From NCBI GenBank assembly GCA_002269645.1, contig NIVC01001819.1:51605-115604 (forward strand): a stretch of DNA of 64,000 nucleotides, given 5' to 3'. The notes beneath the pieces were generated by a model. That model had not been told where the DNA came from. It saw nothing but the letters and a program-made list of their open reading frames with translations, and did not search any database. The stretch is from Macrostomum lignano. Its lineage: Eukaryota. This document shows, in pieces, positions 46,252-57,180 of this stretch (its first letter is position 1; every line of letters starts with the position of its first letter). The position numbers were made by a program, and so were the translations under genes.

Positions 46252-46699
46252 CTGCAAATGCGAAACATTCAGGTGATTAGGGAATAAACAATTGAAGACT
46301 ATTGAACTGCTTGATCCAGCAAAATGTGGATACTGCACACAAACAGCATTGCAAAACTATTTTTTTATTTTTAGAATAGTGAGTGGATTTTATTATCTAA
46401 AAAACGGAATGCCAAAAATATTGAGGACGCGACCGGGCTCAACTAATATACCAGCTTTTACCTGCTAATCGCCTGATTAAGTCAGTGATAATTACGCAAA
46501 CAAATCAATTTGAAACATGTTGTATCTAGATATTTCAATAAAATACTGCAAAAGTGACGAACAGTGAAAGCTGCGATGCAGGATGCGATAGGACTGAATA
46601 TCAAATCATTGAACTATTGCCCAACCCGCTGCCGAAATATAGCATTGTAATGGTTTGCCGCTCTTAGATGGATAGAATAGAGCGCATGCCTTCAGTCAC

Positions 46700-46721
46700 T
46701 ATCTATCTATCTGTCTGTATT

Positions 46722-46752
<31 letters not shown>

Positions 46753-46953
46753 GTCTATCTATCTATCTGTATTTCTATCTATCTATCTATCTATCTAGCA
46801 GGTAGTTCCTCTGGATAAAAGCGCTTACCGCGCCCATTGGCTTTCCAGCTGCCTTAATCGTTTCCGGTGATCTTGTGTGCGTGCATTCAGCTTGATTGGC
46901 TGCGGCAAGCAAGCTCGAAAGAGCTCGCTACGCTCGCTCTTTCTCGCTATCTA

Positions 46954-46991
<38 letters not shown>

Positions 46992-47013
46992 GTCTATCTA
47001 TCTATTTAGCTAA

Positions 47014-47077
<64 letters not shown>

Positions 47078-47085
47078 TTAGCTAA

Positions 47086-47163
<78 letters not shown>

Positions 47164-47184
47164 GTCTATCTATCTATCTATCTG

Positions 47185-47254
<70 letters not shown>

Positions 47255-47299
47255 CATCTATCTATCTATCTATCTTTCTATCTATCTATCTATCTATCT
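46700..47299. repeat. Two (TATC)n tracts (46700-46797, 46947-47299)
   Basis: Direct reading. Confidence 0.95.
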
Positions 47300-47825
47300 A
47301 AGAGGCTGCATCTAACTAAAAGTTAAAGAAAATTTCTGAAACCATAAAACACCAGAAACAATCTGATTGCACATGTTGATATCGAAAAAAAGATACGTGT
47401 ATAAACAGAACCATAAAATAAAACACGCCAAAAATCAATAAAGAAAAGAAAAATGACAACAGAAAAAAGAAGATAATATCAAACTGAAATTTGCACAGTA
47501 GTTATTAAAGAGCAAAGTACTTATTGCAAATAAAAATGTATGGGCAAGAGTTATATAATAATACAAAAACGGGGCTCAACAAAAGTTCAGTCTGTCCAGC
47601 AAGTAATCTCTAGAAGCAAATAATAAGTAAGCAGATTCTATTAGTTTAACCCAAGACCAAAGGCTGTTGAAAAGCAATTTAAAAAAGGACAAAGGTACTT
47701 TAAGTGCAGCAACCCCGATCTGACTAGCTAACTCTTTTAAAAGAAAAATGGATGCAGACAATGGATTAAGCCAACAAACTGGAGCCAGTGGAACAGTGAC
47801 TATTAGAGCTACTCATGCTACTCAC

Positions 47826-48095
47826 ACCGCCGCTGGTCGGCACGACGCTGCCGCTGCTGCCGCCGCTGACGTCCGCAACGGAGACTCCGGCCGCCGCCGA
47901 CGCTGCTGCAGTTGAAACAGGCGCGGCCGCCGCCACCGCCGACGATTCCGAGGCTTGGCGACTGGAGTTGCGAGACGCTGCAGGGGGAGGCGAAAGGGCG
48001 GCCGCGCGGGCTGGGGACGGGGCCGGTGCGGGGGCGGCGGGGGCGGCGACGGTTGACGCGGTTGAAGACGCTTGGCCATTTTGCTGCGGCTGTGA
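47826..48095 (-). CDS. RRBP1: RRBP1/kinectin-like, coding exon 5 (Ala/Ser/Pro-rich low complexity)
   Basis: Acceptor TTCTAG|TCA and donor GGT|GTGAGT. 270 nt open in phase 0 (SQPQQNGQASSTAS...VPTSGG); this frame is not in the ORF track. Confidence 0.8.
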
Positions 48096-48183
48096 CTAGA
48101 ATAAATTAGTAGGGGTGTACAAAACTTTGTATGCTTGCAGGTGCATCTGCACTTTTTAAAGTACTTATGTACTAATACAGTAG

Positions 48184-48475
48184 AGTAAATATGAACTTTT
48201 AAATTACAGAAGTACTAGAATAACACATTTGTACTTTCAAAGTGAAAATTTACTTTTAAAGTAAACACGTTTAAGTACAAAATAGACAAGAAATCATGGC
48301 ACTCGCGCACCTTTAAAGTATACTTTTACTGCTGAATGTCGGTAGAATTCGAGAAGCACGAGTGTACTTCAAAAGTACACATGTACTTAAGTGTGTACTT
48401 CAAAAGTACATTTTCACTTGGAAAGTACAAATGTGTTATCCTAGTACTTCTGTAATTTAAAAGTTCATATTTACT
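48184..48475. mobile_element. MITE-like hairpin with ~95-bp inverted arms
   Basis: AGTAAATATGAACTTTTAAATTACAGAAGTACTAG (from 48184) is the reverse complement of 48441-48475, and the match extends ~95 bp with few mismatches. No clean TSD. Confidence 0.75.
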
Positions 48476-48541
48476 ATCTTTTATAAACTAAGCTACCGTA
48501 TAACAAACAGTACACGCCATCGACGAGATAATTACACTTAC

Positions 48542-48622
48542 CTGTCGCTGCTTCATTTTCTGCTCCAGTTGTTGCACTCTCTGCTTTTCGCTACTCAGCT
48601 CTCCCTGCAGCTTGGCTTGGAT
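48542..48622 (-). CDS. RRBP1: RRBP1/kinectin-like, coding exon 4
   Basis: TTTACAG|ATC...CAG|GTAAGT; 81 nt; IQAKLQGELSSEKQRVQQLEQKMKQRQ, coiled-coil-like. Confidence 0.88.
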
Positions 48623-49360
48623 CTGTAAAGAAATTTATTGACACATACAGAGGGACGTTAACAATGAATTGCGAAACTACAAAATAAACTACAAATAGGG
48701 TTTAAAAACCATAAAACTTTCAGAACAGAGGTTTAAAAATTGATACTCGACTTACGCTACAATTTGAGCCTGTATAGTGTATAATATAGGTATATAGGAT
48801 AAGTAATACTCAGCTTATTTCCCTAAATTAAAGAAGTCTAATTAACTTGTCAAAATCCATAGTGGGGTACCGCCGCAGCAAGCTAGGAGGAGAACACAGG
48901 ATGAACACTATCTGCGCCTTGATGATTGGCCCTCATGGGCAATGAATCACATAACAAGCCTTCAAAAAGCAATGGTGATCAAAAGTCAAGCACTGGTAAA
49001 GTAAATTTAGAACAACACGCAATGCTGATCAATCTTCGCAAATGCAACAAGAGCCCAGTTCCAAAGGTTTTATACTTAACAGTGCGCTGCTAAATTCACA
49101 GCCAAAAACTGATAAAACTGATGTCAAAGCAAAACAGGTGCTAAGTTTAAGGTAATAACGAGTATATACCGACTAAGTTCATAATTACCGGTAAATCTTT
49201 AAAAAAGTCTGTCAACAAAAAGCACTGCACGCTAATTACCTCCGACACATTTGAGGCAGCCTTGAGAAAATTGCGGACATTGAAAAATGAAGCTTACTTT
49301 ATCGATAAGGAAATTCGCATACAATATTTTACGCCTCAGTATTAAGTGCACTGGTCGTAC

Positions 49361-49432
49361 CTGTTTAGCACTGTCTCTTTCAGCCGAAACTTTGCCAAGT
49401 TTATCTTCCATTTCTTTTACTTTTTGTTCCAT
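49361..49432 (-). CDS. RRBP1: RRBP1/kinectin-like, coding exon 3
   Basis: TTCCAG|ATG...CAG|GTAC; 72 nt; MEQKVKEMEDKLGKVSAERDSAKQ. Confidence 0.88.
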
Positions 49433-49477
49433 CTGGAATAAGAGAATAGGTTGAATTTCAAGCAATTTTGACCCATT

Positions 49478-49875
49478 CAAAGTCGCACCTAATCTAGAGT
49501 GCTATCTCAAAGTCACACCACAATCTAGAGTGCTATCTCAAAGTCACACCACAATCTAGAGTGCTATCTCAAAGTCACACCACAATCTAGAGTGCTATCT
49601 CAAAGTCACACACCAAAATCTAGAGTGCTATCTTAAAGTCACACACCACAATCTAGAGTGCTATCTCAAAGTCACACACCACAATCTAGAGTGTTATCTC
49701 AAAGTCACACACCACAATCTAGAGTGCTATCTTAAAGTCGCACACTACAATCTAGAGTGCTATCTCAAAATCACACACCACAATCTAGAGTGTTATCTCA
49801 AAGTCACACACCACAATCTAGAGTGTTATCTCAAAGTCACACACCACAATCTAGAGTGTTATCTCAAAGTCACTA
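49478..49875. repeat. 31/33-bp minisatellite (CAATCTAGAGTGCTATCTCAAAGTCACAC[AC]CA), ~12 copies
   Basis: Direct reading. Confidence 0.93.
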
Positions 49876-50077
49876 CAAAGTACATTGATGCTCTAATAAT
49901 GAGAAGGCGAACAAACCTCGTCAACAATGTTAGTCAGAGACTTCTCAACGCAATGATAGGCAAAATTCAGGTCGGTCAAATCCTAAAAAAATCGATATCA
50001 GAGAGTGTATAAAGCAATCATTCTTACTTGGGAAATTCTAAACATTTGGAGATTAATAGAAAAGCAACCGGGCTTAC

Positions 50078-50812
50078 ATCATTTGAAGACCCCCTGTAGC
50101 GACGCAGCTCGCTAACAGCGGACGCCAGGGCGGCTTTGTACTTTTCAACATCGGCTTCTGAAGCGCACAGGGCGGATTTCCAACGAGCCTCTTCTTCTTC
50201 AACGGAGGCTTCTAGTTTTTTAAGCACACCTTCCGAATACTCAAGAGCCAATTTATACTTGGCCAACTCGCCAGACAACTGCTCGGCTCGTTTCTCATTA
50301 GCGCTCAAACTGTCCGCCAGCTCCCAGTTCTTCTGTCGCAATTCGTTATTTTTAGCCCGCTGCTCTTCCAAAGCAACAGTTGCCACGGCATTGTCAGCCG
50401 GCTGCTGCTGCTGTTGCTGCTTCCGACTGTCAGCCTCGCGTCGGTAATTATCCGCTCTCTCCTCGGCCTGCTTGAGCGCATCAACTAATTTCCAATTCTT
50501 CTCGCGCAGCTCATTGTTTTTAATTCGCAGATTTGCCAGCTCTTCGTCGTTGCTGTTTGACGATGATTTTCTCTGTTGACGCTTCGGAGCTTGCTGCTGC
50601 TGCTGCTGTTGCTGCTCAAGCCGCTTCACTTGGGCATCTTTCTGTGCCAGAGCAGTCTGCAGAGCCGACACCTCCTTGCTAGAGGCGTCCAATCGTTGGA
50701 CAGCTTCGGCCAGTTTCGACTGCACCTCGGACATACTCCGGCGCTCGCGGGCCACCTCCGATTGGGCTGCGTCTGCCCTGTTGGTCGCCTTCTGCAGCTC
50801 CGACTGCAGGCT
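50078..50812 (-). CDS. RRBP1: RRBP1/kinectin-like, coding exon 2 (coiled coil)
   Basis: ATCCCAG|AGC...GAT|GTAAG; 735 nt, phase 0/0. Contains KNNELREKNWKLVDAL and SEGVLKKLEASVEEEEARW, which from memory resemble the RRBP1/kinectin motifs KNNDLREKNWKAMEAL and TEGML..LQ.SVEEEE..W. Confidence 0.88.
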
Positions 50813-50994
50813 CTGGGATAAGAATAATACCAAGATACAATTCGGTAGGAACATTGCCCTCTGTGTATCTGATGAAACAGTATCGACAAGAACAAGCTAA
50901 ATTCTAGCCTAAGCTATTAAAGACAATGTTAAGTAGTTAGAGATAGATTTAGTCATTAATGAAACACAAATAATTATTACATAGGCAGGGTGAA

Positions 50995-51360
50995 CAGCAA
51001 CTGAGCATCTGGGAGGCTGGCCCAGCAACTGAGGATTTGGGAAGCTGGCCCAGCAACTGAGGATTTGGGAAGCTGGCCCAGCAACTGAGGATTTGGGAAG
51101 CTGGCCCAGCAACTGAGGATTTGGGAAGCTGGCCCAGCAACTGAGGATTTGGGAAGCTGGCCCAGCAACTGACACTCTAGGAGGCTGGCCCAGCAACTGA
51201 GGATCTGGGAGGCTGGCCCAGCAACTGAGAATATGGGAGGCTGGTCCAGCAACTGAGGATCTGGGAGGCTGGCCCAGCAACTGAGGATCTGGGAGGCTGG
51301 CCCAGCAACTGAGGATCTGGGAGGCTGGCCCATCAACTGAGGATCTGGGAGGCTGGCACA
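50995..51360. repeat. 28-bp minisatellite, copy 2 of the family, at the start of the intron after coding exon 1
   Basis: Same unit and orientation as 40308-40915. Confidence 0.95.
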
Positions 51361-51376
51361 AACTCATAGCACTTAC

Positions 51377-52753
51377 ATCGTTCTTCTTCCGCAGTTCGTC
51401 CATCTCGCGAGCTTCAACAGCCGCCTCGTAGCCATCACGAACTGCGGCGCCTTCGGTGCGTCGACGAGCCTCGTCGGCGGCCGACCGCGTCACGGCCTCG
51501 CCGTTGACAGCCGCCGCCAGGGCCTCCTTCAGGCGGGCGATCTCGGCCTCGGCGGAGCGCAACTCGGCGATCTTCTTGCTGAATTCCTGCTGCATCAGGG
51601 TGGCGCCCTGGCTAGAAGCGCGCAATCTTTGCAGCTCTTGCTTGAGCTGGCCAGCTGATTGGGCCTCAGACTGGGCAGCGGCAACGCGAACGCTAGCCTC
51701 GGCTAGTCTACGGCGGGTGGATTCGAGTTCGGCGCGAAGGGCATCAAGCTTAGAAGTTGGACAGGCGCCGAGAGCTTCAACCAGCGCGTCGATTCGACAG
51801 CCGCTGGTCCGTTTAACCAGAGCCAGGGCCTCCTGGGTTGGCGATGCTGGCCTATCCGAATCTACTTCGGTTGGTTTTAGCTGAGCCTGCGGCTTGGCTT
51901 GACGCTGCTGCGGCTGAGACTTTGCGTTAGTCTGAGCCTTCTCATTAGCCTGAAGCTTATGTTGCTGAGGCTTCTCATTAGTCTGAAGCTTCTGTTGCTG
52001 AGGCTTCTCATTAGCCTGAAGCTTCTGTTGCTGAGGTTTCTCATTAGCCTGAAGCTTCTGTTGCTGAGGCTTCTCATTAGCCTGAAGCTTCTGTTGCTGA
52101 GGCTTCTCATTAGCCTGAAGCTTTTGTTGCTGAGGTTTCTCATTAGCCTGAGGCTTCTGTTGCTGAGGTTTCTCATTAGCCTGAGGCTTTTCATTGGCTA
52201 GTTTCGATTGGTCAGCCTCCACCTGGTGCTGAGCTTTTTGCTGAGCCTGAGCTTTCAAACTCTTCTTGCTGGCCACCGGAGTGAAGCCGGCCAAGTTCAC
52301 GGGCTCTGGCGGTGGAGCCGGAGCAGCAGCTGTGTTTGGCGCAGCCAGCTTACGATGACGCAATACCGATGACGAAGCTGGCTGGCTGCTCTTCTTATCG
52401 GCTTTGCTACTATCTGCGGCTGAGACTTTCTTTGATGCCGGAGGTGGCTGCTGCTGCTGCGGAGGCTCCACGAAAGCAACTGTCTTTGCAATAATGGGAG
52501 TTTCTTCTGATTTTTTGTCCGTTGAAGAAACAGCAGGAGCCGCAGCAGCTCTTTTCTCTTTCTTTTCTTCTTTTTTCTTATTGGTTTTCTTTTTATTAGC
52601 GTCCTTCTTGGAGCTGGAAGCTGCAGCGCCGGAGCTCAACGCAGCCCCCATAACTTCTTTGTGACCAGGGGCGCGTTTAAACAGCAGATAGACAATGCTG
52701 CTAACTACAAACACGAACAGCACGCCGAAAGCGGCCACTTCCAATCCAGACAT
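51377..52753 (-). CDS. RRBP1: RRBP1/p180-kinectin-like ER membrane coiled-coil protein, coding exon 1
   Basis: ATG at 52753, 24 nt inside an exon with an acceptor (TTTTCCCTATAG| at 52778). N-terminal hydrophobic TM (VAAFGVLFVFVVSSIVYLLF), Lys-rich segment, 11-aa repeats, then coiled coil. Donor GAT|GTAAGT at 51377/51376; 459 codons. Confidence 0.85.
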
Positions 52754-52989
52754 GCTTATCGCTAGGCTGGGAGGTGTCTATAGGGAAAAAAGAATGATCT
52801 CAATTAATTTGAATTCTCAAATTTTGTTTTTCTTTTACACAAGAAATCGCGGCCTCTTTTAGCTGGTGTTAAAATTCGACAGAAATAGGAATGCGGTATT
52901 ATCTATTGTAATATTACATTTGCAGTATATTAGACTGGGGGTTGCTCTAACCTTGCGGTTAGAAAGCGTCAGACTCACGACTGAAAGGC

Positions 52990-53340
52990 TGGGAGTTCGT
53001 TTTACAAACCACTCGGAACAATTTGTGTCGCAGGGCCCTGTTTGGACTCAACCGCGGGGACACCAGGTTAGTTTCCATGGCCCCTATCGGGACATGGCTA
53101 TTTTGCCAGGCATCGTTTACTTCCAGGGAAAAATCCATAGCGACGAATGCTTTTTCTGATTCTCCAGTGTCGACAATATGGACCACTTCATCTGTGCATG
53201 CCCCGCCTTACTCAGGACAGGCCCACCTACCTCGGCCTAAACCCGGACCTCCTCAATGTTTTCAGGCCCAAGAATCTCTGCCAGCTCGTCTTTTATCTAA
53301 CGGCTACTAGGCGAGAGACCATCCACCTCCAGACTGTCCG
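52990..53340 (+). mobile_element. Decayed 3' fragment of a non-LTR retrotransposon ORF2 (C-terminal zinc knuckle)
   Basis: 53148 onward reads C-F-F-*-FSSVDNMD-H-FICA-C-PAL. This is CX2CX8HX4C with the second Cys codon appearing as TGA. It is flanked by LFGLNRGDTRLV and YLGLNPDLL..PKNLCQLVFYLTATRR in shifted frames. Confidence 0.7.
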
Positions 53341-53535
53341 GAGGGGGACTGCACTGCAGACACCAGCGTCTAGCACCACTGTATCTCACTGCACAACACT
53401 GCAGCACCAGCTGCCTGTAGTTGCTATGGGTTAGTGGAATCGGCGGCAGTGTCTCCCCTACTGTACCCAAAACCCCCTGCAGCTAAGTCAAGTAAATCAA
53501 GTAGCAATCCTCCTTTTTGGACTGAACAGCCATAT

Positions 53536-54317
53536 GGCCCATTCCATATAAGATGGACATATTTGGAAAATAGAAAAGTCAATCTTTTTGCTTGTCATTG
53601 CATTATCAGCCAATTTTTTACCAAATCTTTTTTGTATATAATGTATACAATCTAAGAATAAATAAATGATAAAATGTTGGATTAGTATGTTATCAATTGG
53701 CAAAAAAGTTATTTTTGTAAAAAATTGGACATTTTCTAAGCAAAAGACATCATTAAGTTTATGTACCTTTTAAAAACAAATAGAAAGCTTTAGAAGGTTA
53801 AAACAAACTATATATAAAATTATAGTACTTGCATCATCAGATAAAAAATTAGCAACCATACAATCTATTATATTTTTAATATATTAGTACTTCAAAGTTA
53901 CTGAATTGACAGAAAAAAATGTTACGACCATAATGTTATGACCATAAGGCTGCCTTTTCTTTTGTATCTTTGTTGCCTTTTTGAGTTTATATATTCTAAT
54001 AAAAGAGTATGACTTCTAAAGATGTTCTTAGTCAAATTTAAAAAAAATTATTGCAAAATATCAAAAATGAAAAATGTTATAAGACTTTTACCTTTTAGTT
54101 TCTATATGTCAAAAATCCTGTTGTTACAACCATAAGTGCCATTCAAGGTTTAATAGGATCTATACTAATGATGATATCTATATAAAACTTTATAAACATA
54201 TTCTTGACAAAATAATCTTTCATTCAAAATATTGGTTTAGTATATTCTATTATTAGATTTCATTTTATAAGTAAAAATAGTCTGTCATGTTACAACCATA
54301 ACTATATGGAATGGCCC
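53536..54317. mobile_element. Non-autonomous DNA transposon, ~780 bp, short TIRs, putative ATAT TSD
   Basis: Left end ATAT|GGCCCATTCCATATA; right end TATATGGAATGGCCC|ATAT. AT-rich interior with repeated GTTAYRACCATA motifs. Confidence 0.6.
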
Positions 54318-54954
54318 ATATGCAGCCTTTAGATGTGCTATGAAATAGCTGCAGCTAAGCTGTCAGTTGCATATCTAAATATTAGGGCTGGTATAATCAA
54401 TTGATTTTTATTAGATTATACACATTGAACAATAATTTTTTATTTAAATATAACAGTTATCATTTACCCTATATCTTGATATAGTAAATCATGACATGAT
54501 ATTGCAAGACTTGAACAATAAAGATTTTCAATTTCAATTATAATTTCAACAATAATGATTTACTAACATGTAGTTTATTTAAACTTTTTCTTTCCTTCTT
54601 TGTTGCCTTCCAAATGGGAGCATAGGTTGCTACTTAATATACTAATAATACTTTAGAAAATCAAAATCCAGTGGGCATGGTATTGCAATGAAATTGTATG
54701 CTTCAATTAAATGATTTTAAAAGTGAATATAGATAATTTTTTCACTCATTTATATGTGATTTACTTTTTATATGTGATTTACTGCAACCTCCTTGACTTA
54801 TACTGGCTATGTGATTTACTTTTTGACCAAAAATGCAACTTACAACTTACATTTGTACATAAATTTTTTAAAGAAAAATTTGAATGTATGATTAAGCTAA
54901 AGGTGAAGCTAAAAGCTAAAAATACATTTGCATTTTTCTTAATACTAAATTAAA

Positions 54955-56985
54955 ATTTTATTCATCCTTGTGCAACATGTTTTGCCAAACAATTGGTATC
55001 TTTAGGCAATAATGTAAATGCAGAGAGAATGTAAACTTTTTAATTCTAATAAGCCAAAATGATGCAAGTATGGGTAACAGAGTTAGATGGCTCTAAATAA
55101 GAGGCAAGCGCATAGGGTTAGAACACCCTTGGATGGACACTTGCCTTTCTACTACCAAGTTGGATATTAATGGTGAGCTTTAGCTGTTTAATGTACAATA
55201 CCTCAAAAATAAACAACTTTATACGAGGGGCACTCAAAAATTTTTGGCAACTGGTCAACTATTAAAAAACAGTAACTGACTGCAAAGAACAACTGAACAT
55301 GTTACAATCCTTCAATGTAGTCTCCCCCTCTCTCAATGCACTTTTGGTGCCGCCGAATATGAAGCAGGTATGGCCTTCAGCTCTGAATTGATGAACTTAG
55401 CCAGGTCCTGACATCGGTGAAAATTCCGTCCTGCCAGCCATTCAGTCAGCTTGGTGAACACCCAGAAGTTGCAGGGAACCAAGTGAGGACTGTAGGGTGG
55501 GTGGCAGATGGTCTTGATGTTGTTGGCTGCCTAGAAAGTTGGTCGTCAGGGCTGCTGTGTGACTGGACGCATTGTCATGGTGCAGGTGAATTCGCCCAGC
55601 TTGAAGCCGTGAGGGCTGAGTTGTGTGAAGTGACGCCATGACTTGTGGTAGAACCGTACCGGAGTAGAAGCTGGCGTTCACATTCTGTCCATTAGGCACC
55701 ATGATGATGGCCACGGGCCCAGATGTGCTGATGAAGATGACGAAAATCTCCTTCCCGGACTGAAAGCTGGACTGCAGGACAGTCAGCCTTGCATCTCCAT
55801 AAGTTGCGCAGGAATTCCTGGCTGCACCGCACCCTCTCCCTCTTCTGCTCTTCTGTCAGGAGGTGGGGCACCCAGCTGGCGGTGACCTTGCAGAGGCCCA
55901 GGTGGCTGTGCAGGATGGTGTGCGTACTGCCATTGGAAATACCGACAGTCTTGCTAATCACAGAGATGGTAATGTTTGGATCCTCATCCACCAGAGCCCT
56001 GACAGCAGCAATGTTGGCTTCAGTCACAGCTGTGCTCATCCATCATTCAAGGAAGCCCATCTGGCGTTGATGGACTCTATCCACCTGGCAACCGTCCGAT
56101 AGGAAGGGGCTCGGTCCCCGACTACCTGGACCAGGTCTGCATCGATTTTGATCGCACTTTCTCTGAGTTGTGAGCACATAAAAATGTAGAATAACCACTG
56201 GTCTTGTTGCAACTGGCTCCATTTTTGGCAGAGTGTAAAACACCACCTTGCGTTGGCCACGCGCAAGTATAACACATTTGAGGGAAAAAAGTCATACTCT
56301 GTGGTTAAAACCAATATGTCTGCGATTTAGTAAAAAAATTTCAACGCTTTGTGATATGTACTTTTGGAGATATTAGGTCAGTTGCCAAAACTTTTTGAAT
56401 GCCCCTCGTACTCTAGCAGTTAAGATCAATAATTTTAAATTTCTTAGCATGTCTAACTTTAACACATTGGTTGCACACCAGGAGATGGTCATACACAGTG
56501 CTAGCTCTTGTACTTGCTAGCTCTTGTGCTAGCTCTTGCTTTTCAGTTTTACCTATGCAAAACCAACATTGCTTAGCAATGCATAAGATTTATAAATAAC
56601 TCCTGCGCATAAGGTTTGTGGTACATTGCACTTAATTCTTTGCATATATTGCAATATTTTTACAATATAGAACACATTGAAGACCTTAGTGTCCAAGTGG
56701 GTATAATAGATGGCCATTTTTATGGCAAAACCTAAGGCTAGGCAACCCAATGTATGGGACTTGAATGATATTGGAATAGGAATCGCTATCACTCTTAACA
56801 TTTTCTATGGCATCTTATTTTCTTTTATTTAAGGTCATCTAACTCTGCTACCCATATGGCCATACTTGCATCATTTTGGCTTACTAGACTAAAAATTTAC
56901 CATCTTTTTTTAATCTTATTATTGGTTGAAGATGCCAATTGTTTGGCAAACATATTGCTCAAAGATTAAAAAAATATATTTTGGT
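54955..56985. mobile_element. Older inverted-repeat element enclosing the mariner
   Basis: Exact reverse-complement pairs 55051-55073/56860-56882 (23 bp) and 54981-54996/56936-56951 (16 bp), within ~150-bp diverged arms. Ends are approximate. Confidence 0.65.
55224..56408 (-). mobile_element. Tc1/mariner-family (mariner) element, 1185 bp, defective transposase
   Basis: 30-bp TIRs CGAGGGGCAYTCAAAAAKTTTTGGCAACTG (2 mismatches) with TA on both sides. Transposase fragments in shifted frames: APSYRTVARW, WVPHLL, HDNASSH, PPYSPHLVPCN. Confidence 0.95.
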
Positions 56986-57180
56986 AATTATTAAAAAAAT
57001 GTGAATGTTCATTTCTGCTTTTGTTCTTCTGGCTTTTATCAGATGTAACCTTACCTTGACTTTAAGCTAAATGAGTTTTATGACCCTTCACGTGGCAGGC
57101 TAAACTGCTCTGATCTTGTTTGTCTTATTTTATGAATACAACACTAGGTGGCATAGTTGTAGATAGGGGGCAGTAGCTAA

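Noticed and set aside
47815-48109. Plus-strand ORFs 47815..48099 and 47912..48109, and minus ORF 47822..48079
   Set aside because: Shadow frames of RRBP1-like exon 5, whose spliced frame is 48095-47826
50909-51376. C-terminal ~155 aa of the 614-aa ORF
   Set aside because: Read-through past the GTAAGT donor into the intronic 28-bp minisatellite
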